Below are positions 48,626 through 56,410 of a stretch of DNA of 64,000 nt, one piece after another (positions within the stretch are counted from its first letter, which is position 1; the number at the start of each line of letters is the position of its first letter). The stretch comes from a virus, in IMG/VR virus record IMGVR_UViG_3300037419_000526, positions 5,172-69,171 of that record. One strand, written 5' to 3'. The notes beneath the pieces are model-generated. The model saw only the letters and a program-made list of their open reading frames with translations, was not told where the DNA came from and made no database searches. A program made the position numbers and the translations under genes.

Positions 48626-49900
48626 GTGAATACAAGAGTTAAGGTAACAGAGCATGGAGTCGTACAGGTAACACAGACATACAGTATAAACAACAGAACT
48701 ATATCATACAACATTGACATCTTGGATGCTGTAAGGTGGAAGACTAAGCGATGGAATACTAAAGATAAGGTTGTTGTCAATGTAGTGATTATGAACATGT
48801 TAGCTTGTATGTGGAAGAATCACAGACTCTACTACTCAAGACAGAAGAATACTAAATCTAAATCTAGGTACAACACTAGAGGAATAAACAATTACGAAGT
48901 GATGAAGGCTATCGACCTCTTAGAAGACATGGGGTATGTGGTCAATCACAAAGCACAACGACAGTACGGACTGATAGAGGATAAGATGTCTAGTTGGATC
49001 GAACCTACCCCACAATTCATTGCTGAGTTTGTGACTAGTACAGAGGTGCTAGAGAAAGCCGATAGAGCGTTCATTGCAGCATGGATGCCTATCATTATGC
49101 GAGACGAGAACAAGGAACCTGTTGACTATCGAGCAGATGAGAACACGTTTGCCATTGAACGTATCGTTAATCGCATGAATGAAGTCAATGGAAGATACAC
49201 GTTCCTAGATCATGAAGGCAACGAATTCACTAACCTATACAGCCGAATCTTCAATAACAGTAGCTGGGAACAAGGTGGAAGGAATTATAAGGCATCGGTT
49301 CTGAACATCGAGAACAAGGAAAGCAAGAATCGACTGCGCATCAAAATCAACAATGAGCCAGTGGTGGAGGTGGACTACACAGCATTACACATTTTCATTG
49401 TTGCTGAACAATTAGGTTGTGCAGAAGAATTGGGGGAAGACCCTTATTTGTTGATTCCCGACATTGATAGAAATGTTATCAAGCTTGCAGTGAATACGAT
49501 GTTTAATTGCACGAGTCGCCTACAGGCTGTGCGTTCTTTGAATAGTGATCTGAATCGACTAGAGTACAGCAAACAAACAGGCAGTGAGATTGTAGCAGCA
49601 GTGTTTAAAGCTTTCCCTAAGTTCAAGGACCATTTCTGTTCTGCGCAGTGTACCGGGTTGCGATTGCAAAACTTGGATAGTTGGATGACACAATATGTTG
49701 TCAATGTTATGTCAACGCTCGGTAAGCCAGTGTTACCAGTGCATGATAGCAATATTGTTCGGATGCAAGATAAAGAGTTGCTTATCGAGTTGATGTGCAA
49801 TGCGTACAAGGAAACTCTTGATGTGGACAGCATCGTGCATATGCGAGAAAGCTACATAGGACAGAACGATAGCGTTGTTAAGAATGATGTGTCTTGCTAA
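48626..49900 (+). CDS. 424-aa protein with ordered Pol A-family-like motifs A, B and C (minimal polymerase-like?)
   Basis: VVEVDYTALHIFIV (cf. DYSQIELRI), RNVIKLAVNTMFN (cf. RxxxKxxNF), PVLPVHDSNIV (cf. VHDE / IHDSFG); GTG start. Confidence 0.45.
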   Translation: MNTRVKVTEHGVVQVTQTYSINNRTISYNIDILDAVRWKTKRWNTKDKVVVNVVIMNMLACMWKNHRLYYSRQKNTKSKSRYNTRGINNYEVMKAIDLLEDMGYVVNHKAQRQYGLIEDKMSSWIEPTPQFIAEFVTSTEVLEKADRAFIAAWMPIIMRDENKEPVDYRADENTFAIERIVNRMNEVNGRYTFLDHEGNEFTNLYSRIFNNSSWEQGGRNYKASVLNIENKESKNRLRIKINNEPVVEVDYTALHIFIVAEQLGCAEELGEDPYLLIPDIDRNVIKLAVNTMFNCTSRLQAVRSLNSDLNRLEYSKQTGSEIVAAVFKAFPKFKDHFCSAQCTGLRLQNLDSWMTQYVVNVMSTLGKPVLPVHDSNIVRMQDKELLIELMCNAYKETLDVDSIVHMRESYIGQNDSVVKNDVSC

Positions 49901-49908
49901 AATTCTTG

Positions 49909-49937
49909 TTGACTCTGTGTGCAAGCTGTCCTATACT
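49909..49937 (+). promoter_or_regulatory. sigma70 promoter TTGACT-N17-TATACT
   Basis: TTGACT 49909-49914, TATACT 49932-49937. Confidence 0.5.
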
Positions 49938-49968
49938 CCATCTATCAGCTAACCAAACGGAGTTCATC

Positions 49969-50208
49969 ATGTTTACTACTCTGCTCAAAAACCAACGTGT
50001 GACTTTCGTGTCAGATGTCATTCAAGCACGTGCATACAGCCCTTTCAGTGAGTATCGCAATCCTATCAATGGCTGCTACGTTGTGCACGACACGTCTAAG
50101 CCAGAGGGGCAACGTTGTGTAGCCGCAGGCTTGTCTAAGGAAGAAGCGGAAGCATGTGTAATCTTCAAGGCTAACGAATACATCTATTGTAATATTCAGA
50201 ACAACTAG
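49969..50208 (+). CDS. hypothetical protein
   Basis: 79 aa from MFTTLLKN downstream of promoter. Confidence 0.4.
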   Translation: MFTTLLKNQRVTFVSDVIQARAYSPFSEYRNPINGCYVVHDTSKPEGQRCVAAGLSKEEAEACVIFKANEYIYCNIQNN

Positions 50209-50217
50209 GAGCCTCCC

Positions 50218-50358
50218 ATGTGCAACGCCTACATTGTCGGATACAACGCTCATAAATACGGATATGCCAAGCTGTCTCAATGTCCATACATGAGAGGAAG
50301 CTATAACGCTGTGCAATGGGTGGAGGGTTGGAAAGCTTGTGTTTGTTGTGCAAATTAA
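50218..50358 (+). CDS. Rmf-like (ribosome modulation factor/CrpP-fold) micro-protein, copy 1
   Basis: 46 aa; VGYNAHKYGYAKLSQCPYMRGSYNAVQWVEGWKAC fits GY.A...G.....CPY.......W..GW of Rmf; AGGAG RBS. Confidence 0.4.
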   Translation: MCNAYIVGYNAHKYGYAKLSQCPYMRGSYNAVQWVEGWKACVCCAN

Positions 50359-50375
50359 CTAAAGGAGAAATACTC

Positions 50376-50507
50376 ATGAAAACTGATCAGTACCAAAAAG
50401 GATTTACTCTCACAGAACTTATTATTGTTGTGTGGGGTATTATTGTATTGTCTTTAATTGGCTTCGGCCTGTATGTTGCTTGGCACTTTGTCAGCAAATT
50501 TTGGTGA
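50376..50507 (+). CDS. type IV prepilin-like micro-protein (mini-pilin)
   Basis: MKTDQYQKG|FTLTELIIVVWGIIVLSLIG: short basic leader, Gly, F+1, E+5, hydrophobic helix; AAGGAG RBS. Confidence 0.45.
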   Translation: MKTDQYQKGFTLTELIIVVWGIIVLSLIGFGLYVAWHFVSKFW

Positions 50508-50510
50508 TAA

Positions 50511-50676
50511 CATGCTCCTATCCATCATCTTAATGTCTCTCTTCCTCGCCATCCTCATTCATGACATGCTAGGAAGCAATAAAGAGCGCAGGGAAGCGGA
50601 GATGAGAATGTGTGAGGAGGCTTTCGAGCATCAAAGCTGGGAAGCGTTTAAACAAAGATTTCAACAGAGGATTTGA
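50511..50676 (+). CDS. small membrane protein
   Basis: 54 aa from MLLSIILMSLFLAILIHDMLG. Confidence 0.4.
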
Positions 50677-50677
50677 T

Positions 50678-50860
50678 ATGGTCTATGTTCTAATTGCTGT
50701 AATGATGTCTCAATATTCAGGCAGTACTACAATGGCAACTCTTGGAGAGTTTGAAGGTATGGCAGCTTGCCAAAATGCAGCTAAGGCTGTTAAGAAGGCT
50801 AACAAAGAGATGGGCGTATCGGACAACGTTAAACTTATTTGTGCAGCTAAGAGGGGCTAA
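50678..50860 (+). CDS. small protein with hydrophobic N-terminus
   Basis: 60 aa MVYVLIAVMMSQYSGSTTMATLG.. Confidence 0.35.
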   Translation: MVYVLIAVMMSQYSGSTTMATLGEFEGMAACQNAAKAVKKANKEMGVSDNVKLICAAKRG

Positions 50861-50861
50861 C

Positions 50862-51212
50862 ATGGCTAAGAAAGACAGCATCAAAATGCTCGAAGCAAAG
50901 ATTGAAGTGTTGCAGAGGGCTAGGAAGAAGTTTAAAACAGGCATGTATCCCGGCATTTGCTCTGCAATCTTTTCCTCTTATAATTGTTGGCATGAACGAC
51001 ATCTTGATGCGGCAGGAATGGCATTGACAGATTACATCAGTGAGTCTCTAGGTAATCGAGCAGCATACCTAGGACAGTGGCTGTCTGTGGATCGTCCTCA
51101 ATTAAGTAGGAGTGACAAGAACATGAAGAAATACCGCTTGCAATGGATTGATTGGATGTTGTCATGTCTGCGGGAAGACCTCGCATCCAAGACAACCAAG
51201 ACTCGACGCTGA
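50862..51212 (+). CDS. hypothetical protein
   Basis: 116 aa from MAKKDSIK; GAGGGG RBS. Confidence 0.4.
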   Translation: MAKKDSIKMLEAKIEVLQRARKKFKTGMYPGICSAIFSSYNCWHERHLDAAGMALTDYISESLGNRAAYLGQWLSVDRPQLSRSDKNMKKYRLQWIDWMLSCLREDLASKTTKTRR

Positions 51213-51259
51213 CACGTCTCGCTTGTGATTCCTTGCACAAGAATTTTATAAAAATCTTG

Positions 51260-51289
51260 TTGACGTGCTTGTTTGTCTTTGCTATAGTA
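51260..51289 (+). promoter_or_regulatory. sigma70 promoter TTGACG-N18-TATAGT
   Basis: TTGACG 51260-51265, TATAGT 51284-51289. Confidence 0.5.
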
Positions 51290-51327
51290 CAGACATCAGC
51301 ATGACAAACAACACTAAGGAGCGCATC

Positions 51328-51627
51328 ATGACCAAGTTTGCAACTACCCCGACCGAATACCGTGGGATTAAGGCTGGCAATCCTTCCGTAAATGGCTGGA
51401 TGATTGACACTAGAACTATCATTGCAGAGGGTGTTGATGCAAAAGCCCGTGCCAGCGGTCGTAGTTATAGCGTGTTTGTGAAGGGTGAGTATGTGGGTGA
51501 TGTGCATTATGCTACAGGAAGCCAGTACGTTGCTATCAATCTCCAACACGAGCAAATTAGCACACATACGGGACATGATGCACACGAGAAATGCTTCATC
51601 GATCTTATCTTGAGCATGGAGAAATAA
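51328..51627 (+). CDS. hypothetical protein, paralog A of duplicated 99-aa gene
   Basis: MTKFATTPTEYRGIKAGNPSVNGWMIDTRTI..ISTHTGHDAHEKCFIDL; AAGGAG RBS; near-identical to 53286..53588. Confidence 0.5.
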   Translation: MTKFATTPTEYRGIKAGNPSVNGWMIDTRTIIAEGVDAKARASGRSYSVFVKGEYVGDVHYATGSQYVAINLQHEQISTHTGHDAHEKCFIDLILSMEK

Positions 51628-51628
51628 C

Positions 51629-52018
51629 ATGCTCAACGGCTATAAAATCATCATTGCTTGCCTTGCAACATTCTCTCTAATGGGTATGTCTGTACAAGCT
51701 ACAAAGGCTAGTGAGCGTGCTAATCCTCTTGCTCACATGCATTTGAAGACAACATATTGCCTTAACATTCTTGGCTATGACAGAGGGTGCTATACAGAGC
51801 AGGCTATGGGCAAGAATGGGGTACGCAAGGCCATCGTAAACCGAGTCCTTGCCCATGTTTGTTTCCGTGAGGATGATTTAGAATGCCTATTGCTTCGCAG
51901 CAGAAAAGGACTTACAATTGTATTCCGTGATGAAACATTGAATACAAACACTAATGTTGTTGTGTGGCAAGCTAAGGTTAATACAATGCCGATGATTGAG
52001 ATTGGGGAGGAGAAATGA
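51629..52018 (+). CDS. secreted protein (signal peptide)
   Basis: MLNGYKIIIACLATFSLMGMSVQA signal peptide. Confidence 0.45.
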   Translation: MLNGYKIIIACLATFSLMGMSVQATKASERANPLAHMHLKTTYCLNILGYDRGCYTEQAMGKNGVRKAIVNRVLAHVCFREDDLECLLLRSRKGLTIVFRDETLNTNTNVVVWQAKVNTMPMIEIGEEK

Positions 52019-52200
52019 TGAACTACAAAAAGATAGCAATTGCAGCAGGCTATTCTGTAGAGAATAGTCTTGATTCTAATTATCTCTGGCTGTGGTTTGA
52101 GGATGCTAACTACGATAATCGAGCATCATGGTTCTATGAAACAGAACAGGAAGCATGGAAAGCATGCTGTGTTGAGAAGGGCTTGATTGTGGAGAGATAA
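52015..52200 (+). CDS. hypothetical protein
   Basis: 61 aa; ATGA overlap. Confidence 0.4.
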   Translation: MMNYKKIAIAAGYSVENSLDSNYLWLWFEDANYDNRASWFYETEQEAWKACCVEKGLIVER

Positions 52201-52202
52201 TT

Positions 52203-52388
52203 ATGAACATTCGATTTGATGAGAATATTGGCCAATTTGCTAAAGGGGTGGTTATACAGACTAATGAAGGATTGATTGGACACGTGGAAGGATTTGCACT
52301 AAGTAGCACAGGGGAAGTTACGGTGGCGGTGTCTCTATGCACAGGTGAAACTGTGGAGTATCGTACGTACGACATTAGTTTGATGTGA
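52203..52388 (+). CDS. hypothetical protein
   Basis: 61 aa. Confidence 0.4.
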   Translation: MNIRFDENIGQFAKGVVIQTNEGLIGHVEGFALSSTGEVTVAVSLCTGETVEYRTYDISLM

Positions 52389-52398
52389 AGGAACAGTG

Positions 52399-52625
52399 AT
52401 GAAATGGATTAGCATTGACAAGCTTGGAGAATATGTCAAGGGCAACGAAATGTTGTTGTGAAGGCGTTTGATGTGCATCTTGGTAAGATCGTTTATACAA
52501 GCGATCCTTGGTGTGTTTGGGTGAATGATATTGACGAGTTCATGCGTCCTGATGACTTCATTCGTTGGCCCCATTTGTTCATGCCTACACATTTCTGTTT
52601 GTTGCCGGAAGAGAGGGAAGAATGA
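52399..52625 (+). pseudogene. possible frameshift-split small gene (20-aa ORF then 55-aa GTG-start ORF in -1 frame)
   Basis: MKWISIDKLGEYVKGNEMLL* then VKAFDVHLGKIVYTSDPWCVWVNDIDEFMRPDDF.. overlapping by 4 nt; AAGGAA RBS before first ATG. Confidence 0.25.
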
Positions 52626-52834
52626 AAATACCAATGATTATGCTAGGAGATGTATATGCATCACCAACAAACAGATGGATAATGAAAAGAGAATACCATT
52701 CCCGTACACCGAACAATAATCAGATGGGTGGGAGATGGGTGTTGAGGGATGAGAATGATGTAATGATTGATTTTGATCAATACAGGCATGATCTTGCTGA
52801 CAGACAAAATCTTGAGTTAATCGGTACGGAGTAA
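52622..52834 (+). CDS. hypothetical protein
   Basis: 70 aa from MKIPMIMLG. Confidence 0.4.
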   Translation: MKIPMIMLGDVYASPTNRWIMKREYHSRTPNNNQMGGRWVLRDENDVMIDFDQYRHDLADRQNLELIGTE

Positions 52835-52839
52835 TAAAT

Positions 52840-53067
52840 ATGATTACACAAGAGCAAGCTAAACAGATTCTCGTGCTAGCTTCTAGCTATGCGTCTGTTC
52901 AATCGCGTAATGAGATGCTGTACAGTGTTACAGGTTATGTTAGTAACGAAAACGAGCATCGTGAGAAAGAAGCTTGGGAGAAACTAGAAAGATATGTGAA
53001 GTCGCTTGTCAGTGAGGAGCAACAGCCATGTACGAAGTCAACTACATGCAATGGAACATCGGGCTAG
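52840..53067 (+). CDS. hypothetical protein
   Basis: 75 aa. Confidence 0.4.
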   Translation: MITQEQAKQILVLASSYASVQSRNEMLYSVTGYVSNENEHREKEAWEKLERYVKSLVSEEQQPCTKSTTCNGTSG

Positions 53068-53204
53068 AGCGCTACATATGGGAGAAAGCTATTGTGTGTG
53101 CTGGCAGCAAGCTTGAAGCGATAGAGAGGCTGCTAGAGGATAGTCCAGAGATTAAGAGGGAAGATGTGTTGTACGCTAAGGAACGGAAGATTGTTTACAT
53201 TTAG
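53028..53204 (+). CDS. hypothetical small protein (58 aa)
   Basis: MYEVNYMQWNIGLERYIWEK..; GAGGAG RBS 8 nt upstream. Confidence 0.35.
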   Translation: MYEVNYMQWNIGLERYIWEKAIVCAGSKLEAIERLLEDSPEIKREDVLYAKERKIVYI

Positions 53205-53285
53205 CGTGCTTAAAACGCTTGACAGGGTGATTTCTAGTGTGAGATGATGTGTCTATTGGATAAACACAATGTTAAGGAGCGCATC

Positions 53286-53588
53286 ATGACTAAGTTTGCA
53301 ACTACTCCTGTAGAATATCGCGGTGTCAAGGCTGGCAATCCTTCGGTGAATGGTTGGATGATTGACACTAAAACGATTGTTGCTGAGGGTATGAACGCCA
53401 AAGCACGAGCAAACGGTCGCAGCTACGGTGTTTTTGTAGATGGTAAATACGTTGGTGATGTGCATTATGCTACTGGCGGGCAGTACGTCGCAACTAACAT
53501 CAAACGCGAACAGATCAGCACTCATACAGGACATGATGCTGCTGAGAAATGTTTTATTGACTTGTTGTTGAGTGTGGAGAAAGCATAA
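53286..53588 (+). CDS. hypothetical protein, paralog B of duplicated 99-aa gene
   Basis: MTKFATTPVEYRGVKAGNPSVNGWMIDTKTI..ISTHTGHDAAEKCFIDL; identical AAGGAGCGCATCATGAC leader. Confidence 0.5.
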   Translation: MTKFATTPVEYRGVKAGNPSVNGWMIDTKTIVAEGMNAKARANGRSYGVFVDGKYVGDVHYATGGQYVATNIKREQISTHTGHDAAEKCFIDLLLSVEKA

Positions 53589-53737
53589 CATGACCTACGA
53601 AGACATCCTCGAATACCTAGTGTTTGTTCCTGTTGGGGTTATTGCTATTGTGGCAATTGGGTATGTTGTGAGGAGTGCTTGGAGGGACAAGGGGAAGTGG
53701 AAGGATTAGAGTAGGGGCTCTAAAGTGCTTATTGTGC

Positions 53738-53765
53738 TTGCAATCTGCTGTAGGGCTGCTATACT
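53738..53765 (+). promoter_or_regulatory. sigma70 promoter TTGCAA-N16-TATACT
   Basis: TTGCAA 53738-53743, TATACT 53760-53765. Confidence 0.45.
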
Positions 53766-53801
53766 GAAGTCTCAGTAGCGAACAACACGAGGGAGAGCGA
53801 A

Positions 53802-53975
53802 ATGGCTAAGAAGAAACAGGCAAATAATAAGACTGAGCCTAAAGAGTATTACGAAGGCTGGAATGCCTGCTATGACGGTGTTGCCTACGAAGATTGCCCA
53901 TATGAGAAGTGGTCCGCTGAGTGGCAAGAGTGGAGCTTCGGTTATCAACACGCTTATGACAGCAACGGAGAATAA
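53802..53975 (+). CDS. Rmf-like micro-protein, copy 2
   Basis: 57 aa; YYEGWNACYDGVAYEDCPYEKWSAEWQEWSFGY fits the Rmf GY.A...G.....CPY.......W..GW pattern; GGGAGAG RBS. Confidence 0.4.
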   Translation: MAKKKQANNKTEPKEYYEGWNACYDGVAYEDCPYEKWSAEWQEWSFGYQHAYDSNGE

Positions 53976-53977
53976 TC

Positions 53978-54223
53978 ATGTGCAAACACGTCACCTACGA
54001 CCCTAATACGTGGCGCAAGTGTGCTGTATGCTTGGAGGAAAGAGAGAAAGCAACGACTATCAAGAATGCCAACAAGATTAAAGCAGAGATTATAGAAGAA
54101 GAGGCAGTAGCAAAGGCTATCGAAGACAGCGGCAGCACCTATGCAGCAGAAAGAGCAGCTAGGTATCGTGAGGATAATGTAAAGCCCTTGCAAGGGCTTC
54201 TAAAGCGGGCCGGTATCATGTAA
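53978..54223 (+). CDS. hypothetical protein
   Basis: 81 aa; CxxC pair near N-terminus. Confidence 0.4.
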   Translation: MCKHVTYDPNTWRKCAVCLEEREKATTIKNANKIKAEIIEEEAVAKAIEDSGSTYAAERAARYREDNVKPLQGLLKRAGIM

Positions 54224-54249
54224 GCAGAGTTAGTAAGCAACACAATTAG

Positions 54250-54275
54250 GCGCCCCCTTTCGGGGCTCTTTTTTG
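54250..54275 (+). terminator. rho-independent terminator
   Basis: GCCCCctttcGGGGC stem then TCTTTTTTG; ends the + strand early region. Confidence 0.6.
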
Positions 54276-54544
54276 TGCGAGGGCTTTTTGTGTGTCTGTA
54301 TAGCGTGTCAGATAGGTTAATTAGGGACAGAGTGCTATTAGGTCTAGATTATAGACTGTGTTCCGTGTTTGACGAAAACTCGTCCCTGACTCAAAATCCG
54401 AAAACCCTTGTCATCAACGAGGGGTGATCCGTAACAGACACTATTCATAACCAACGAGTTATGTGTTGCCAAAGTGCTATCTGTAGCAGTGTCATCTCTA
54501 CGAGAAGCCTGTCTTCGACAGTGTGTACGCACATATGTAGCCCC

Positions 54545-54880
54545 TGCCCAGGCGAAAGGGCACATGGCAGCAGCAGGACAGCGCGATAGAGGGGGTCAGA
54601 GATGGTGAGACAGGGAAGCTGCGCAGAATGGGGATAGGAGGGCCGAGAAGGGGCTTAGGAGGCGCTAGAGAGGGGATTGTGTGGGGATGGGCAGGGTGGA
54701 GGAGGGCAAGTGTGCGACGGGGGAGTGCTGGAGAGGGTAGGCTATTGGGCCACGAGTGGGCACGTATGGCAGGGCATACAGTGGTTTGTGTAAGATGGTG
54801 CAGCCGTACACGATTGTACAAAGGCTCAGGAAGGGACCTAGGAGGGCCGTAGAGACGCCCATTCCAAAGGTGGATGTCTC
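54545..54880 (-). other. ~330-nt C-rich/G-poor tract (on minus strand) in an 850-bp noncoding region (rut-like)
   Basis: + strand is GA-rich (GGGGATAGGAGGGCCGAGAAGGGG..); lies downstream of the minus-strand 55-62 kb block. Confidence 0.4.
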
Positions 54881-55150
54881 CCACGCAGATATTTCTGGAC
54901 AGGCTCTACGGCGGTGTTTCGCATGGGCTGGCCCCATTAAGCCACGCGATCGCCTCAGTGATATTTATCGACCTAACCCATCCCATTTGCCTCAAAAGAG
55001 GGCTACTTCTCAAAAAAATTTTATATCCCAAAAAATGCAAAAAGGAGGTATGCCCGAAAGCACCCTCCCAACAAACGGCAGCAACCCGCCCACAAATTAT
55101 GAAAATATCTTTATAAACAAAACACTATAGCAGATATTTGATCTTATAAA

Positions 55151-55855
55151 TTAAGAAACATCTTCCCAGCGAGACATGATATTTGCCACAGATTTAGCCC
55201 ACCATTTACCACCACGTTGAGTTTTGAAATTATGCATGTTCAGATAGTCAGCAATCGCATTCACACTGTAGCCATTCTGACGAAGCATCGTGATAGTCGG
55301 CTTCATGAAATCAGCAAAGCTGTTTGCCTCTTGCACGATAGATTCTTTGCACAGAGCAAGAGAGCGCTCCTTGTGAGCACGCACAGCAGGAATCTTCATC
55401 CCCATAGGAATGCCGCGTTGGCGTTTCACTGAGCATGCACCCTTGCTTCTGTCTGCTGCCTTCCTGCGTTCCTCTTCTGCCACAGAGGCACGAATCTGAA
55501 GAAGCATGGGGCCACAGTCAATTCCAGTTTCAGCCGTGATGAATTTAATATCCTGACGAAGCAATTCACAAATAAAGCCAGTTTCGCGAGAGAGCCTATC
55601 GAGACGGCTGGTAAGGATATAGCAGTCTCCGTTTTTACGATTGCTCAATCGCTGCGCTTTCTCCACAGCTTGCTTCAGCACAGGACGACGATCAAGATAA
55701 TACTTACCAGAAATCACTTCCTGATATTCGCCAACAATCATTAGTCCATTTGCAGTGCAGAAGCGTTTCATTTCTTCCATCTGGTGAGCGATACCAAGCC
55801 CACTCTTGCCTTGCTCCCGTCCCGACACTCTTGCGTAAAGAATGACGTTCTTCAT
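55151..55855 (-). CDS. small serine recombinase (resolvase/invertase family) with C-terminal HTH
   Basis: MKNVILYARVSGREQGKSGLGIAHQ catalytic Ser motif; DRLSRE; C-terminal GYSVNAIADYLNMHNFKTQRGGKWWAKSVANIM; AGGAGA RBS. Confidence 0.75.
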   Translation of the reverse strand: MKNVILYARVSGREQGKSGLGIAHQMEEMKRFCTANGLMIVGEYQEVISGKYYLDRRPVLKQAVEKAQRLSNRKNGDCYILTSRLDRLSRETGFICELLRQDIKFITAETGIDCGPMLLQIRASVAEEERRKAADRSKGACSVKRQRGIPMGMKIPAVRAHKERSLALCKESIVQEANSFADFMKPTITMLRQNGYSVNAIADYLNMHNFKTQRGGKWWAKSVANIMSRWEDVS

Positions 55856-55900
55856 GTTGTTCTCCTGTTTAGATATTTGATGAACGCCATTTTACACAAG

Positions 55901-56410
55901 TTAGGCTGTCATGCCAAGCTCTTTTTCAATATTTCTTGAAATCAACTCACGGTTAGCATTAATCTTAAGAATGTCATCATCTGTAAGATCATAAGGTTCA
56001 AGGTTGAACAGCGAAGTTCCGTAGTACTCGTACCCCATGTAAGGCAAGGATATTTCTTGCAGGAACAATGAGTCCATCTCCTTCAATCTTTTGATACGAT
56101 TTTTGATAGGCTCTACTCCACACTCTAAGTCATCAGCAAGTTCTTTAACATCCTTCCAATCACCTTCGTCTACACACTTGAAGTAGTGCCACCATACGTA
56201 GTAGAAGTTGAATGGCATCTTCTTATTCAAAGCTCGTGTGGTAAGCTCCTTGTGTTGGTCACGCCTTTCGCCAAGCCCATGCACGAGACTATGGCATGTA
56301 CTGCAAAGCGGGATAGTTTTCTTACCTCCCATACTTTGAGGAATGACGTGGTGATCTTCTTCAGCAGGTGCACTGCATTCAAAACAAATATTTTTATCTA
56401 CGATAATCAT
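55901..56410 (-). CDS. HNH endonuclease
   Basis: CFECSAPAEEDHHVIPQSMGGKKTIPLCSTCHSLVHG. Confidence 0.7.
   Translation of the reverse strand: MIIVDKNICFECSAPAEEDHHVIPQSMGGKKTIPLCSTCHSLVHGLGERRDQHKELTTRALNKKMPFNFYYVWWHYFKCVDEGDWKDVKELADDLECGVEPIKNRIKRLKEMDSLFLQEISLPYMGYEYYGTSLFNLEPYDLTDDDILKINANRELISRNIEKELGMTA

Noticed and set aside
54498-55130. Pro/Gly-rich ORFs in the G/A-rich spacer (54498..54884, 54665..54937, 54756..55130)
   Set aside because: These are products of a strongly skewed polypurine/polypyrimidine tract. They have no RBS and low-complexity translations, and they overlap one another in several frames.
38931-55150. Idea that the two C-rich tracts are terminal or inverted repeats of an invertible or terminally redundant segment
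   Set aside because: Reverse-complement comparison shows similar composition and short motifs only. There is no extended sequence identity.
55151-55855. Lysogeny/integration module
   Set aside because: The recombinase is a small resolvase-type enzyme, not a large serine or tyrosine integrase. No attP-like site, CI/Cro-like repressor pair or excisionase was found.
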